Part shown: positions 25,130 through 35,034 of the stretch, in pieces
Position numbering within the stretch: position 1 is the first letter of the stretch
How the letters are laid out: each line of letters opens with the position of its first letter
From: Chlorokybus atmophyticus
Taxonomy: Eukaryota > Plantae > Mesostigma and Chlorokybus algae
Direction: 5' to 3'
NCBI GenBank assembly: GCA_009103225.1
Contig: RHPI01000249.1
Span: forward strand, 30,730 to 94,729
Length of the DNA: 64,000 bases
Notes under the pieces: model-generated
What the model saw: only the letters and a program-made list of their open reading frames with translations
Databases searched by the model: none
Told to the model about the DNA's origin: nothing
Translations under genes and position numbers: made by a program

Positions 25130-25440
25130 TTGCACCGGTCACTAGTCCGTGCCGCACCGTACATGGTGTGGCACGGACTGTGCGGCACCGTGTACGGTGC
25201 GCGCTAGTAGGGCCACAGGACCGCGGGACCGCACCTGGTCCGTCCATGGATGGTGCGGCACGGACCATGCGTGGTGCGCGTCGCCGCGCCAGCCATTCAC
25301 GGGCCGCGGGCCCCGAGCGGACCAGGAACGATCCGTCCCCCGTGGACCAGGCAGTCCTGGCCCGCAGGATACGGTCCATGCGTGGTCCGTGGGGTCCGTA
25401 AAAGGACCATGCATGGTCCTTCAACGTCAAGCCGTGTGAA
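25130..25440. repeat. GC-rich palindrome-dense element, possibly a MITE or Helitron end
   Basis: 15-bp stem AGTCCGTGCCGCACC/GGTGTGGCACGGACT (1 mismatch); hairpin GCACCGT-GT-ACGGTGC followed by CTAG-T; many GGACC/GGTCC motifs. Confidence 0.5.
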
Positions 25441-25460
25441 TGGTATGCCGGAGTGATCTA

Positions 25461-25632
25461 CAGTCTAACCTCGATAAGTGCATACCATCGGGAACACCTC
25501 TTTCTATGCACTTATCGCGGATATGCACTTACGCTGCTTTATACTACCAGTAGAGTGCATTGGTGTCGGGCAAAACCATGCACTTATCGAGGATATGCAC
25601 TTATCAAATATGCACTTATCGAGGTTAGACTG
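25461..25632. mobile_element. Tc1/mariner-superfamily (pogo-like) MITE, 172 bp
   Basis: Perfect 24-bp TIR CAGTCTAACCTCGATAAGTGCATA; TA TSD at 25459-25460 and 25633-25634; internal repeats of TATGCACTTATC. Confidence 0.93.
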
Positions 25633-25854
25633 TACAACTACAACGCCAGCAACAGTAAGACAATACCTCTTGTTGCATGCTGATAGTGCAGCATGCAAAC
25701 CAACGCGTCGCGCTGACCAACATCTCTTGATGCAGCACGACACAGCATGCGCTCTCATGATGGTGACCTGCAACATATGCACACAGACAAATACAACATT
25801 GTGGTTTGTGTAACATGCATCGGCGGCGATGTATGCATGCGCATTGGTGGTTGA

Positions 25855-26589
25855 AGATTACCCACTCATAAGCTCATAAGCCTTGGATTGCTAGACCTCT
25901 GTTGTGGAGGCGGGGGGGCCAGCATGGGGCTACACCGCGCTGGCCTTGATGTTACAGGAGTTGACATCTAAAACCAACCAGAGTACCCATTCCCATTCAC
26001 TTTGGGCGATGCACTTACAGTCGACGTGGCTGACTACGACGTGGTATGGGCCAGCCCACCATGCTAGGCCTTTGTGCGCTGCATACCTGAGAGCCAACGC
26101 GAAGCGCACGTGCATAAATGGAACCACATCATGCTGCTACATGACTTGAAACAACGGCTCCAAGCATCAGAGAAGGCGTACATCATGGAGAACATCCTCA
26201 GTGCAGCTCAGCACATGCGGAGCGACGTCGTGCTGTGCAGCACGACGTTCGGGGTACCTACGTTCCGACACAGAGTCTTCGAGACTGTGCCCCTATTGCA
26301 GGACGAGATGGTATGCGATCATGCCAACAAGAGTCTCGGCCAGGTGTCTGAGCACCCTACACACAACTTCACCTCGCAACAGGCAATACAACACCAAATG
26401 TACCCAGTTCATGGTCAAGCTGCCTCGCGTAGAACACTTGTAGGTTGGCAAGCAGCATTGGGCATTCATTAGATACAATCAGGTTGCACTATAGTTGAGT
26501 GCATTCCACCTGCATATTCAGAGTACCTAGGTTGACAGCTGCTGCATGCCTTCGGCTACACAGTCATCAACAATCCTCTGTCATGGTAA
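25855..26589 (+). pseudogene. Intronless prokaryote/phage-type C5 cytosine DNA methyltransferase pseudogene
   Basis: One frame: [42 protein letters not shown]...[11 protein letters not shown]...AYIMENI...VLCSTTFG..TFRHRVFET...AALGIH*...ECIPPAYSEYLG*QLL. Motifs I, IV (SPPC), VI (EN), VIII (RHR) and X are present. Four stops: 25969, 26065, 26470, 26533. Confidence 0.85.
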
Positions 26590-26690
26590 TAGTATGATAG
26601 TGCGATGGTTGCAATCATGCTGTGCATGCAGAACGCTGTGGAGTTGCTGCATGTCGGGCTGATGGTTGTATGCTGTAGATGCTGCAGTTC
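26573..26690 (+). pseudogene. Degenerate PHD finger (BRPF/JADE/ATX-like PHD1) abutting the MTase
   Basis: With two 1-nt shifts it reads CHGNSMIV-CDGCNHAVHAERCGVAACRADG-WLYAVD, versus the consensus MLxCDGCNVAVHQxCYGVxxIPEGDWLCxxC; first CxxC not intact. Confidence 0.55.
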
Positions 26691-28038
26691 AATGTATGCA
26701 ACCCACTCGTGTACACGCCCTCAGGTGCACGCAGTGCCTTGTGTCACACACACGCCTTACACCCCCNCCAGGATGCTGAAGCCCACCCACCCTTATGCAC
26801 GATTGCAAGCATCGCCCCTAACTGTCACACATGCAACGAAAATCACAGTGCAGTTAACATACCACAGACAACAACTCACGCAGTGACTGCATCTGAACAC
26901 ACAGTCAACCTGTGACACGCAATTCAAAGATTTTCGATGATTCAGTCTCGTGCAAGTTGTGCACACATTGCATTACTCGTCTGGTAAGACTGTACACATG
27001 CCTAGCACTAGCATCTGCAACTTGCAATGTCAAAATTAACACAGAACTTAACTATACGAAGACAAACACTGCTATTGCCACATACAAGGCTATACAAGGC
27101 TGATAGCATATACGCACTACTAGCACTGCCAACTCTGCAAGTGTGTGCAAGCGGGTGCAGTTAAACTAGCGAAACCACACCAATGAGGTCCACTAGACTA
27201 CATGCCTACCCCAATACTTACCACAAGACAGCCAGGCTGTCAGCTGCCACCTCAGACCAACTAACAACTGTGCAAGAGGGTGCAAGGCAACAGGAGATCA
27301 GTCAACAGGCAAGCCCACACCCGCCAGCATCATTCAAGGGGACGTAGCATTACCTGAACCCTTTCTGTAACAGCACCACCGTCGCCGGTGATGCCCCTTC
27401 AATCCTCTACCCCAACACCCACACCGCCTATGACAAGCCTTTTAACGGCGTGGCCGCCACTGAGCTGAGAACTGAAAGTCCCCACATCAGATTAATGTGA
27501 CCTTTTATATCAAGAGTATATCAGCTATATACCTCTCGATAATTAACTCACAACTAGACATCGACCCTACAGATAGGGTAGTTAGGAAATCTAGCGTGAG
27601 CCAACCACAGCTTAGATAAGGTACCTATCGATAAGGTACCTATCCAAAGATACCTATCGTAAGGTACCTAACGAGATAGTGATCCCAATATATCAAATGT
27701 GACATTAAATAGGCTTGAATAAGCGGTTCTACACCCATTGGGACTTATTTAAGCTATGATAAAGCATCATAGCCTTTAATAAGCGAGGAACCGTAGAAAA
27801 GAGGTACAGTTAAGCATATTTAAATACTTATTCATACAAAATGTGTTATTCAAGTAGCAATAATACCCCTATTATTAGTGCTCCCGTAACATTCCCCCCC
27901 ACTTAGGTTTTCAACGTTCTCGTTGAACTCAAGTTGATCAGGCTTGATTGCGAGTAATTGTAACCAGAGAGATAGCAGGAAATGACAGGGTGGTAATGAA
28001 ATTGCACTGCCAGTCTGTCATAAAACCAAGCCCACAGT

Positions 28039-28473
28039 TTATGGGACATGACATGAATCCCAATAAGCTCGAAGCAACTCGTGGCAGTGCGTAAGATGCC
28101 TGTCGGGCTCCCAACTGTTATGTTCCGGGCCATACCCTTTCCATTTCACCAAATAGCGAGTTGCGCGTCCTCGACTATTTAGTTTATGGTTCAATATAGC
28201 TTCCACCTCGTATTCGAGCTCGCTGTCCACCTCAACTGGCGGTGGTGGAGGCTGTGTTCTACCGTCTGAGCGGTAAGGTTTCAACAAGTCTACATGGAAC
28301 ATGTTGTGTATACGCACACTTGGGGGCAATTGCAGTCGATAAGCGTGCGTACCAACTCTATCAGTGATAGAGAATGGACCTAACCATCGGGGCAGCAACT
28401 TGCGAGCGCCCGTACCTTTGATGGTTATTCTTGCGTTAAGCAAAACTTTATCGCCGACATCGAAAGTGGCCAT
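28039..28473 (-). CDS. Integrase GPY/F motif plus chromodomain (frameshifted from pol)
   Basis: KLLPRWLGPF; FHVDLLKPY; YEVEAILNHK...YLVKWKGYGPEHNSWEP. Confidence 0.93.
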   Translation of the reverse strand: MATFDVGDKVLLNARITIKGTGARKLLPRWLGPFSITDRVGTHAYRLQLPPSVRIHNMFHVDLLKPYRSDGRTQPPPPPVEVDSELEYEVEAILNHKLNSRGRATRYLVKWKGYGPEHNSWEPDRHLTHCHELLRAYWDSCHVP

Positions 28474-28476
28474 TTT

Positions 28477-31161
28477 TCAATGTGTATCAGCATAAGCTTT
28501 TTGCCTGTCCTGTGCTTCTGACAGACACAGCTTGGCTCGAGCCAAATTTTCTTGCATATCAGTGGCAAATTCCTTTACCGCTGGTACAGTCAGAGCATTG
28601 CGAGGTACACGCAATGACGCTGGTGTGTTCGGGCGAATCCCATAATTCAAGAAAAATGGGGTTTCCTTTACACTTTCCTGCCAAGCGTTGTTCACAGCGA
28701 ACTCTGCCATTGGCAAGTACCTATCCCAATCAGCATGATTAGGAGCCACATAGTGGGGAAGCATTTCTTCCAGTATTTGATTTGCTCGCTCAGTTTGACC
28801 GTCCGTTTGCGGGTGGAAAGCAGTCGGCATGCTTTGTTTTACCCCCAACAATTCACAGACTTCTCGCCAAAACTTGGAGACAAACCGAGGATCACGATCT
28901 GTGACAAGTTCACGCGAAAGACCGTGGACGCGAAAGACCGTGGACACAAATAAGTGTGCCAAGTCCCGTGCACTTACAGTTGTGCAACACGGGGCAAAAT
29001 GCACCAGTTTAGTCAAACGGTCGACAAAAACCACAATAGCAGTGTATTTAGCGGCTGTTTCATGTAGGTCAGTAATCAAATCCATACTGACACTATCCCA
29101 CTTTTGTTCTGGAATTGCCAATGGTTTAAGCAATCCCGCTTGTTTTTGTCGTAGTGGCTTATTACGTTGACACACGTCACATGTGCAAACATATTGATCC
29201 ACGTCAGCTGACATTGACGGCCACCAGTATAACTGTTGCGCAGATTTGAGTGTTTTGTGTTTCCCCAAATGCCCAGCATACGGCGGGTCATGCACTGAAT
29301 GCGACTTGCGTAAGCATTGCTTACGCAAGTCGCCCGAGTTGGGAATTGCCAACTGCTCCCCTTTATACCACAGATTGCTAACAGCAGTAAGCTGTTGCAA
29401 GTTGGTTTGACTGCTAAACCAATCATCTGAGTTATAACCTGTGGACACTTCCTTTAAGAAAGGATCTTCAGGCTGTTGTACATTACGCGTAGTTCCAGAG
29501 CGCGTAAGTGCCAAAAGAGCAGGGCTGCGACTTAGTGGATCCGCCACATTGGTGCGACCCGGCCGGTATTGCCAAGTGAAAAAGAAACGAGAAAGGACTT
29601 CATTCCACCTAGCTTGCCGCCTCGACAGATCTTGTTGCGTATGAAAGAATGTGAGCGGGTTGTGATTAATAATCACCAAAAACTCCACCCCTTCCAAGTA
29701 GCAACGCCATGTGCGCAGCGCGTGCACCACCCCGAGCAATTCCTGCTCAGTGGTTGTGTAATTACGTTCAGCAGGAATGAACTTTCTGCTTTCATATGCA
29801 CATGGTCTGTCATCTTGTAGAAGGACTGCCCCACACCCAATGGTGGAAGCATCGCTGATCACCACAAAAGGCTTGGTGTGGTCGGGGAAGGCTAACACAG
29901 GGGCTTGTGTTAATGCATCTTTAATGCGTGTAAAAGCAACCTCGTGTGCCTCCGTCCACACAAATTTAACATCTTTTCTTAGTAAAGATGTTAAAGGATT
30001 TGCCATGCCAGAATATGCTCGCATGAACTTGCGAAAATAATTGGCTAGCCCCAAGAAAGCACGTAACTGATGTACATCCTTGGGTGGTGGCCAATCCTTT
30101 ACCGCACACACCTTTTGAGGATCTGGTTTCAATCCTTCTTTGTGAATCACATGCCCTAACAAGGGTAGTTCATCCTTTGCAAAGTTGCATTTGGACAGGT
30201 TGGCATAGAATTTGTGTTCGCGTAACTTAGCTAGAGCCAATTCCACATGCCTGTGGTGGTCCTCCCGAGTTTTGCTGAACACAATGATGTCGTCTAGATA
30301 TACCAGTACAAACTTGTACAATTCATCAGCAAATACCGCGTTCATTGCTGTCTGAAATGTAGCCGGTGCATTTATTAACCCAAATGGTAACACTTTATAC
30401 TCAAAGTGTCCTCGTGGGGTGCGAAATGCAGTTTTTGGAATATCCGACGGGTGGATTTTGATTTGATGATAACCACTGGTCAAATCCAGCGTGCTGAACA
30501 CTGTTGCACCTGACAGCTTATCAAACAAATCATCAATCCGAGGCAAAGGGTATCTGTTTTTCACAGTTACCTTGTTCAATGCACGGTAATCAATACACAT
30601 GCGTAGCTTGCCATTCTTTTTGGGCACAAACAAAATTGGTGCACCAAAAGGAGATATGCTCTTTGTTATTAAACCTTTGTCCAATAACTCTTTGAGCTGT
30701 TTTTCCATTTCCGCGTGTTGAAAGGGACTTAGCCTATAGATAGGCCGCCAAGGTGGCTTTGCCCCCTCTTCCAACGGAATGGTATGATGTATGTTTCTAT
30801 CAGGAGGCAACTCCGGGAGTTCATCTTGAACTACATCTGCATATTGTTCCGTAAGTGATTGCACCACAGGGTCAGCTACGGCCTGTTCAACAGGTGTTTC
30901 TACCTGTTGTAAGTGCATCAAATATACTTCCTCACGTTTGCGCACGCAACATTTTAGTTGCATAGCAGAGAGGAGCGGAACATTGTCGCGAGCAACACGT
31001 GCGAGTACAGGTGCGATTAACGTCACCACGTTTACCCTTACGAAAGGTGCACGTATCTGCTCGAGAGTCCAATTGCAAACCTGCTTCGGTGTGCCACTGC
31101 TCACCCAAAAACAACATCCACCCCGGGGATACTTATATCCACCACGATGAAAGTTGGTCAA
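28477..31161 (-). CDS. Chromovirus pol: RT, RNase H, integrase
   Basis: RMCIDYRALN, LPFGLINAP, YLDDIIVFS, SDASTIGCGAVL, ELLGVVHAL, HLGKHKT..CDVCQ, VSMDLI, TDRDPRF, QTDGQTER. Confidence 0.97.
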   Translation of the reverse strand: MTNFHRGGYKYPRGGCCFWVSSGTPKQVCNWTLEQIRAPFVRVNVVTLIAPVLARVARDNVPLLSAMQLKCCVRKREEVYLMHLQQVETPVEQAVADPVVQSLTEQYADVVQDELPELPPDRNIHHTIPLEEGAKPPWRPIYRLSPFQHAEMEKQLKELLDKGLITKSISPFGAPILFVPKKNGKLRMCIDYRALNKVTVKNRYPLPRIDDLFDKLSGATVFSTLDLTSGYHQIKIHPSDIPKTAFRTPRGHFEYKVLPFGLINAPATFQTAMNAVFADELYKFVLVYLDDIIVFSKTREDHHRHVELALAKLREHKFYANLSKCNFAKDELPLLGHVIHKEGLKPDPQKVCAVKDWPPPKDVHQLRAFLGLANYFRKFMRAYSGMANPLTSLLRKDVKFVWTEAHEVAFTRIKDALTQAPVLAFPDHTKPFVVISDASTIGCGAVLLQDDRPCAYESRKFIPAERNYTTTEQELLGVVHALRTWRCYLEGVEFLVIINHNPLTFFHTQQDLSRRQARWNEVLSRFFFTWQYRPGRTNVADPLSRSPALLALTRSGTTRNVQQPEDPFLKEVSTGYNSDDWFSSQTNLQQLTAVSNLWYKGEQLAIPNSGDLRKQCLRKSHSVHDPPYAGHLGKHKTLKSAQQLYWWPSMSADVDQYVCTCDVCQRNKPLRQKQAGLLKPLAIPEQKWDSVSMDLITDLHETAAKYTAIVVFVDRLTKLVHFAPCCTTVSARDLAHLFVSTVFRVHGLSRELVTDRDPRFVSKFWREVCELLGVKQSMPTAFHPQTDGQTERANQILEEMLPHYVAPNHADWDRYLPMAEFAVNNAWQESVKETPFFLNYGIRPNTPASLRVPRNALTVPAVKEFATDMQENLARAKLCLSEAQDRQKAYADTH

Positions 31162-31772
31162 GTCTTGTGGCTATTAATAAAAAAACGCTCCTTCACCTCC
31201 CCAATTGCATTAAGGGTGGAACCAGCAGCACGTACATACGACGTGACTGGTGTGAAAGGTATGTTATTACGTTTCACCCAAGCATGTTCAACAAAGTTAT
31301 GGTTTGCACCAGTATCAATTAATGCTGTATATGGTGTACCCATAAGTTGACTCTCAAATCTCCATTTGAGTGGCACTGAGTGACCATCAAATGTAGCTAA
31401 TGTCGGAGTGCCGTGATTGGTAGCAGACTTGATAAAGATCACTTGCAACGGTGAAGATCCTGTATCTTTGCGTGAGAGTTGCATGATTACTTCTCCCCCT
31501 TTCAACAATTGCGACCACGGGCCATGATACCGAGGGATAAATACACATGCAATGACAACATGTTGTAATTGCAACTCGTGTAAGTGCTTAACAGCAGTTA
31601 CTAATTTAGAGAATGGAACATTGATTAAAACACAACCGTTTGCATTTGTCAACACAGGTGGTGTGCTCATATCAGTCCATACATCTGATACATCACAAAG
31701 AGAGGAAACTTTATCAAGAAGTACAGAGCTTTTAAAGTCATTCTGCTCGACTAAGCTACCAACCATGGACAA
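31158..31772 (-). CDS. Dam/N6-adenine-MTase-like remnant followed by aspartic protease
   Basis: VLINVPFSKLVTAVKHL...ACVFIPRYHGPWSQLLKG resembles the NPPF...P.W...W module of phage Dam-like and DIRS 'MT' domains; then ALIDTGANHNF. Confidence 0.55.
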   Translation of the reverse strand: MSMVGSLVEQNDFKSSVLLDKVSSLCDVSDVWTDMSTPPVLTNANGCVLINVPFSKLVTAVKHLHELQLQHVVIACVFIPRYHGPWSQLLKGGEVIMQLSRKDTGSSPLQVIFIKSATNHGTPTLATFDGHSVPLKWRFESQLMGTPYTALIDTGANHNFVEHAWVKRNNIPFTPVTSYVRAAGSTLNAIGEVKERFFINSHKT

Positions 31773-31775
31773 TTC

Positions 31776-32936
31776 CTATTTCTTGTCTCTCTGCTGCTTG
31801 GCCTTCTGTGCATTCTGTTTTGCATAGCACTTAGCCTCCCCATGACCTGTCTTCTTGCAGAAACTGCAAGTGATGATGGATTTGGCCGCGTTGTAGGGGC
31901 TAGCAGGATGAGATGTTTTCGCCTTTTTCACAAAAGGTTTGTTGTCAGTGGCCGGGCGCTTTGCAGCTGAAACCGGGGCTGCCTCTTTTGCCGTTGTTTG
32001 CATGTTTGCGTGAGAGCGCTTTACACTGTCCACAGCAGCAACCATCTACATCAGCATTGGTAAATCCGTCGAGGCCCACTCTTGCAAACTCGCGGGGTTG
32101 ACGGCCACATGCTGCACGAGATCTGTGTACAAGCCATGCCTGAACATATCCAGCTGATCAGCATCACTGATAGGTAGTTTGCCAGCATTGATCTTGCTGA
32201 CAAAAGATTGAAAATCCTGGATATACTGCTGAACCGGACGCCCGTTCTGACGCAGGTTGTGCAGCTGGTTGCGAGCAACCTGGGCAGGATCTGCACCACC
32301 ATAGCGCTGCTCCATGAAAGAGCACAACTGATTTACTTCCCGCCCGAGGTTTGTATCCCGTTGCTTACGGCGGTACCATTCTGCCAGAGCATTGTTTGGG
32401 ATTAGCAACTCAGCTACACGCAATTTCCCCTCCTCAAAAATGTGAAGGGAGTTGACATAGTGTCGCAACTTCACAAGCCGGTCGAAGATGGCCGCTTGCT
32501 TGTTAGGAATAAACTCGGCAGGACGAGCAAGAGCTTGAACAGGTGGACCATTATCAGCACGTTGAAGACGCTCGATCATGTTCAGAACCCGTTTGCCTTC
32601 ACCCATCTGCCCCTCCCAATCTCGCCCCATAAAGGTGGTGAGCTTTGAAACTTTTTCTGCCAAAAGGAAGAGAAAGTTCACGAGTGACACAATTGCCTCA
32701 CGAGGGTCATGATCATAGGTGCTAAGGAAATGCTCCATCAAGTCCTGCTGTGTCATGCGAATAGAAAACTCAGGAAATATAGAAGGTGATCTACCATCCA
32801 CTGAAGTTTCCGCAGCTTTGGCAGCTTGAGACTCATCAGGTGCATCATCCGGATTCAGAATATCTTCCATCGATGGAAATTCCTCCTCATGGGAAGGTTG
32901 CTCTTTTTCCGAGCTCTCCCCTTTTGAGGTGGGCAC
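31776..32936 (-). CDS. Chromovirus gag with one internal TAG (32048-32046) and a CCHC knuckle
   Basis: ARNQLHNLRQNGRPVQQYIQDF (retrotransposon gag), then CSFCKKTGHGEAKC. Confidence 0.85.
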
Positions 32937-33159
32937 CGAGTGTTCTTCCCATTGTCTGCAAAACAGGCAGAATGGGATGGTGAGAACCTCACCAATGAAC
33001 CAAGTTCAACGAGAGGATCATAATGACCCCAAGTTGTAAAAGTCCCAAACAGAGTCCAAACTAGTCTCAAAATAAGAAAGGTTGGATCTTGAGTGTCACC
33101 AAACAGAACAAGTCTGAGCGGGACCATAATGTCCTAACCCTGTGTTGTCCTCAACCAAG

Positions 33160-33660
33160 TCCCAATTTCCAGGCCGAAGCTAGAGGGGGAGGGTTTCAAA
33201 CTAACAGGGTTTGGGAACAGATTGTCCTAGAACCTCCCCACAACTGTCCTAACCAAGTCCCGATCTCCAGGCCGAAGCCAGAGGGGAAGGGTTTGGGAAC
33301 AGTTTGGTTTGGAACTTACGGACCCGGATCAAGCGACCCGGCAAAGCCATTGGTAGGTCACGGGTACGTCACAGGCATGCAACAGGCAAGCCACAAGCAT
33401 GCAACAGGCAAGCCGTACGGTGACTAAGTGTGACATGCACTGGCAAGCATAATGACAAGCAATCACCGCATGCAATGACAAGCAATCACTGCAAGCAATG
33501 ATAGTGCACTAAGTGTGACAAACAGTGATGGCACACTAGCAAGCCGCAATCACCGCATGCAATAACAAGCAATCACTGCAAGCAATGATAGTGCACTGGC
33601 ACGTCACTGTGTGATGTGCATGAAAGTACACACGTGCACCTGGTAAGCACCTGGCAAGCA
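33160..33660. repeat. Direct and tandem repeats in the chromovirus 5' leader
   Basis: Duplicated AACCAAGTCCC..CCAGGCCGAAGC.AGAGGGG..GGGTTT unit; repeated GACAAGCAATCAC(C/T)GCA units. Confidence 0.8.
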
Positions 33661-35034
33661 GCTGACAAGCAGGCAAGTCACCGACGTGTGTGATGGTATC
33701 TCACACGTGGAGAGGCCGCCTCTTTAATAGGTGGCTTCAGCTTGGAGGTAGCGCAGGGAAGCAAACTTGAAGCTTGGGCTGCGTGGACGTATAGGAGGCC
33801 GACGCCTTCCGATTGGCCGAAAGCGGGTCGCTGCCCCCTATAAGTGCCCACGTCACCCCCCAGCTCCTGGATACCAATGTAACAGCACCACCGTCGCCGG
33901 TGATGCCCCTTCAATCCTCTACCCCAACACCCACACCGCCTATGACAAGCCTTTCAACGGCGTGGCCGCCACTGAGCAGAGAACTGAAAGTCCCCACATC
34001 AGATTGATGTGACCTTTTATATTAAGAGTATATCAACTATATACCTCTCGATAATTAACTCACAACTAGACATCGACCCTACAGATAGGGTAGTTAGGAA
34101 ATCTAGCGTGAGCCAATCACAGCTCAGATAAGGTACCTATCGATAAGGTACCTATCCAAAGATACCTATCGTAAGGTACCTAACGAGATAGTGATCCCAA
34201 TATATCAAATGTGACATTAAATAGTCTTAAATAAGCGGTTCTACACCCATTGGGACTTATTTAAGCTATGATAAAGCATCATAGCCTTTAATAAGCGAGG
34301 AACCGTAAAAAAGAGGTATAGTTAAGCATAATTATATACTTATTCATACAAGATGTGTTATTTAGGTAGCAATAATACCCCTATTATTATTGCTCCCGTT
34401 ACACTTTCCCTCACGATACTACAACCTATCCCCTTACAGCCGCCGCCGCCACCGCCCATGCCGCCCAGGCCACCACCACCCTCGCCGCCCCAACACTCAC
34501 ATCCTTAATTCGCGCCAAGTATACACACCGCTAACCCTAAGTTTAAACGACGCCGTTTGTCGCGCCGAAGCGCGCAGACATTGCGAGTTCACTTGCGCCG
34601 CTACGCGCGGACTTTCAAAGAACCGCACCGACATTACAAGAACTAGAACCGGTCGGGTCGACGCGGAACATCTATCGGGAAGATATTCAGTGACTCACGC
34701 CATTGCTTTGCGCGACAAAACGAGAACCACTCGGACTCGACAGGCCACAAACCTCGTAGACTCGTTGCGGACTCAACACGACACACTGGGATCCACCTCG
34801 TCCAAATGCGCGCAGGACTTGCAAGATGGGTAGCTCGGAAAACCCCTCCGGGCGGTTCAACTGAAGATGACGAAACTTCGTTTCGACTATCACACACACA
34901 CACACACACCCCAAGCACATCTTGACGTTATTTGTGCGCGGGCGTGCGCGCTTACTACACGCCTTGCCTACTTTGCATCATGCCGTCCCCCTCAGGGCTG
35001 CGTTCCGTCTACAGTAGCTTGTGTATGCTAGCAC

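Larger units (their letters stand above)
27366..34403 (-). mobile_element. Full-length Ty3/gypsy chromovirus with both LTRs
   Basis: 526-bp LTRs at 27366-27891 and 33878-34403, about 18 mismatches by hand count; 5-bp TSD CTTTC on both sides; PBS TTGGTATCCAGGAGC (33877-33863); PPT GGGGGGGAA next to the left LTR; gag with CSFCKKTGHGEAKC, PR (LIDTGA), RT (YLDDI), RNase H, integrase and chromodomain. Several stops and frameshifts. Confidence 0.97.

Noticed and set aside
25000-27365. Endogenous giant virus, virophage or Polinton as the source of the MTase
   Set aside because: No capsid, packaging ATPase, pPolB or other viral hallmark gene is visible; the origin remains open
34390-34970. 147-aa ORF next to the chromovirus right LTR
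   Set aside because: Starts at a TTG inside the LTR and has no recognisable domain; kept only as the rejoined flank of the MTase segment
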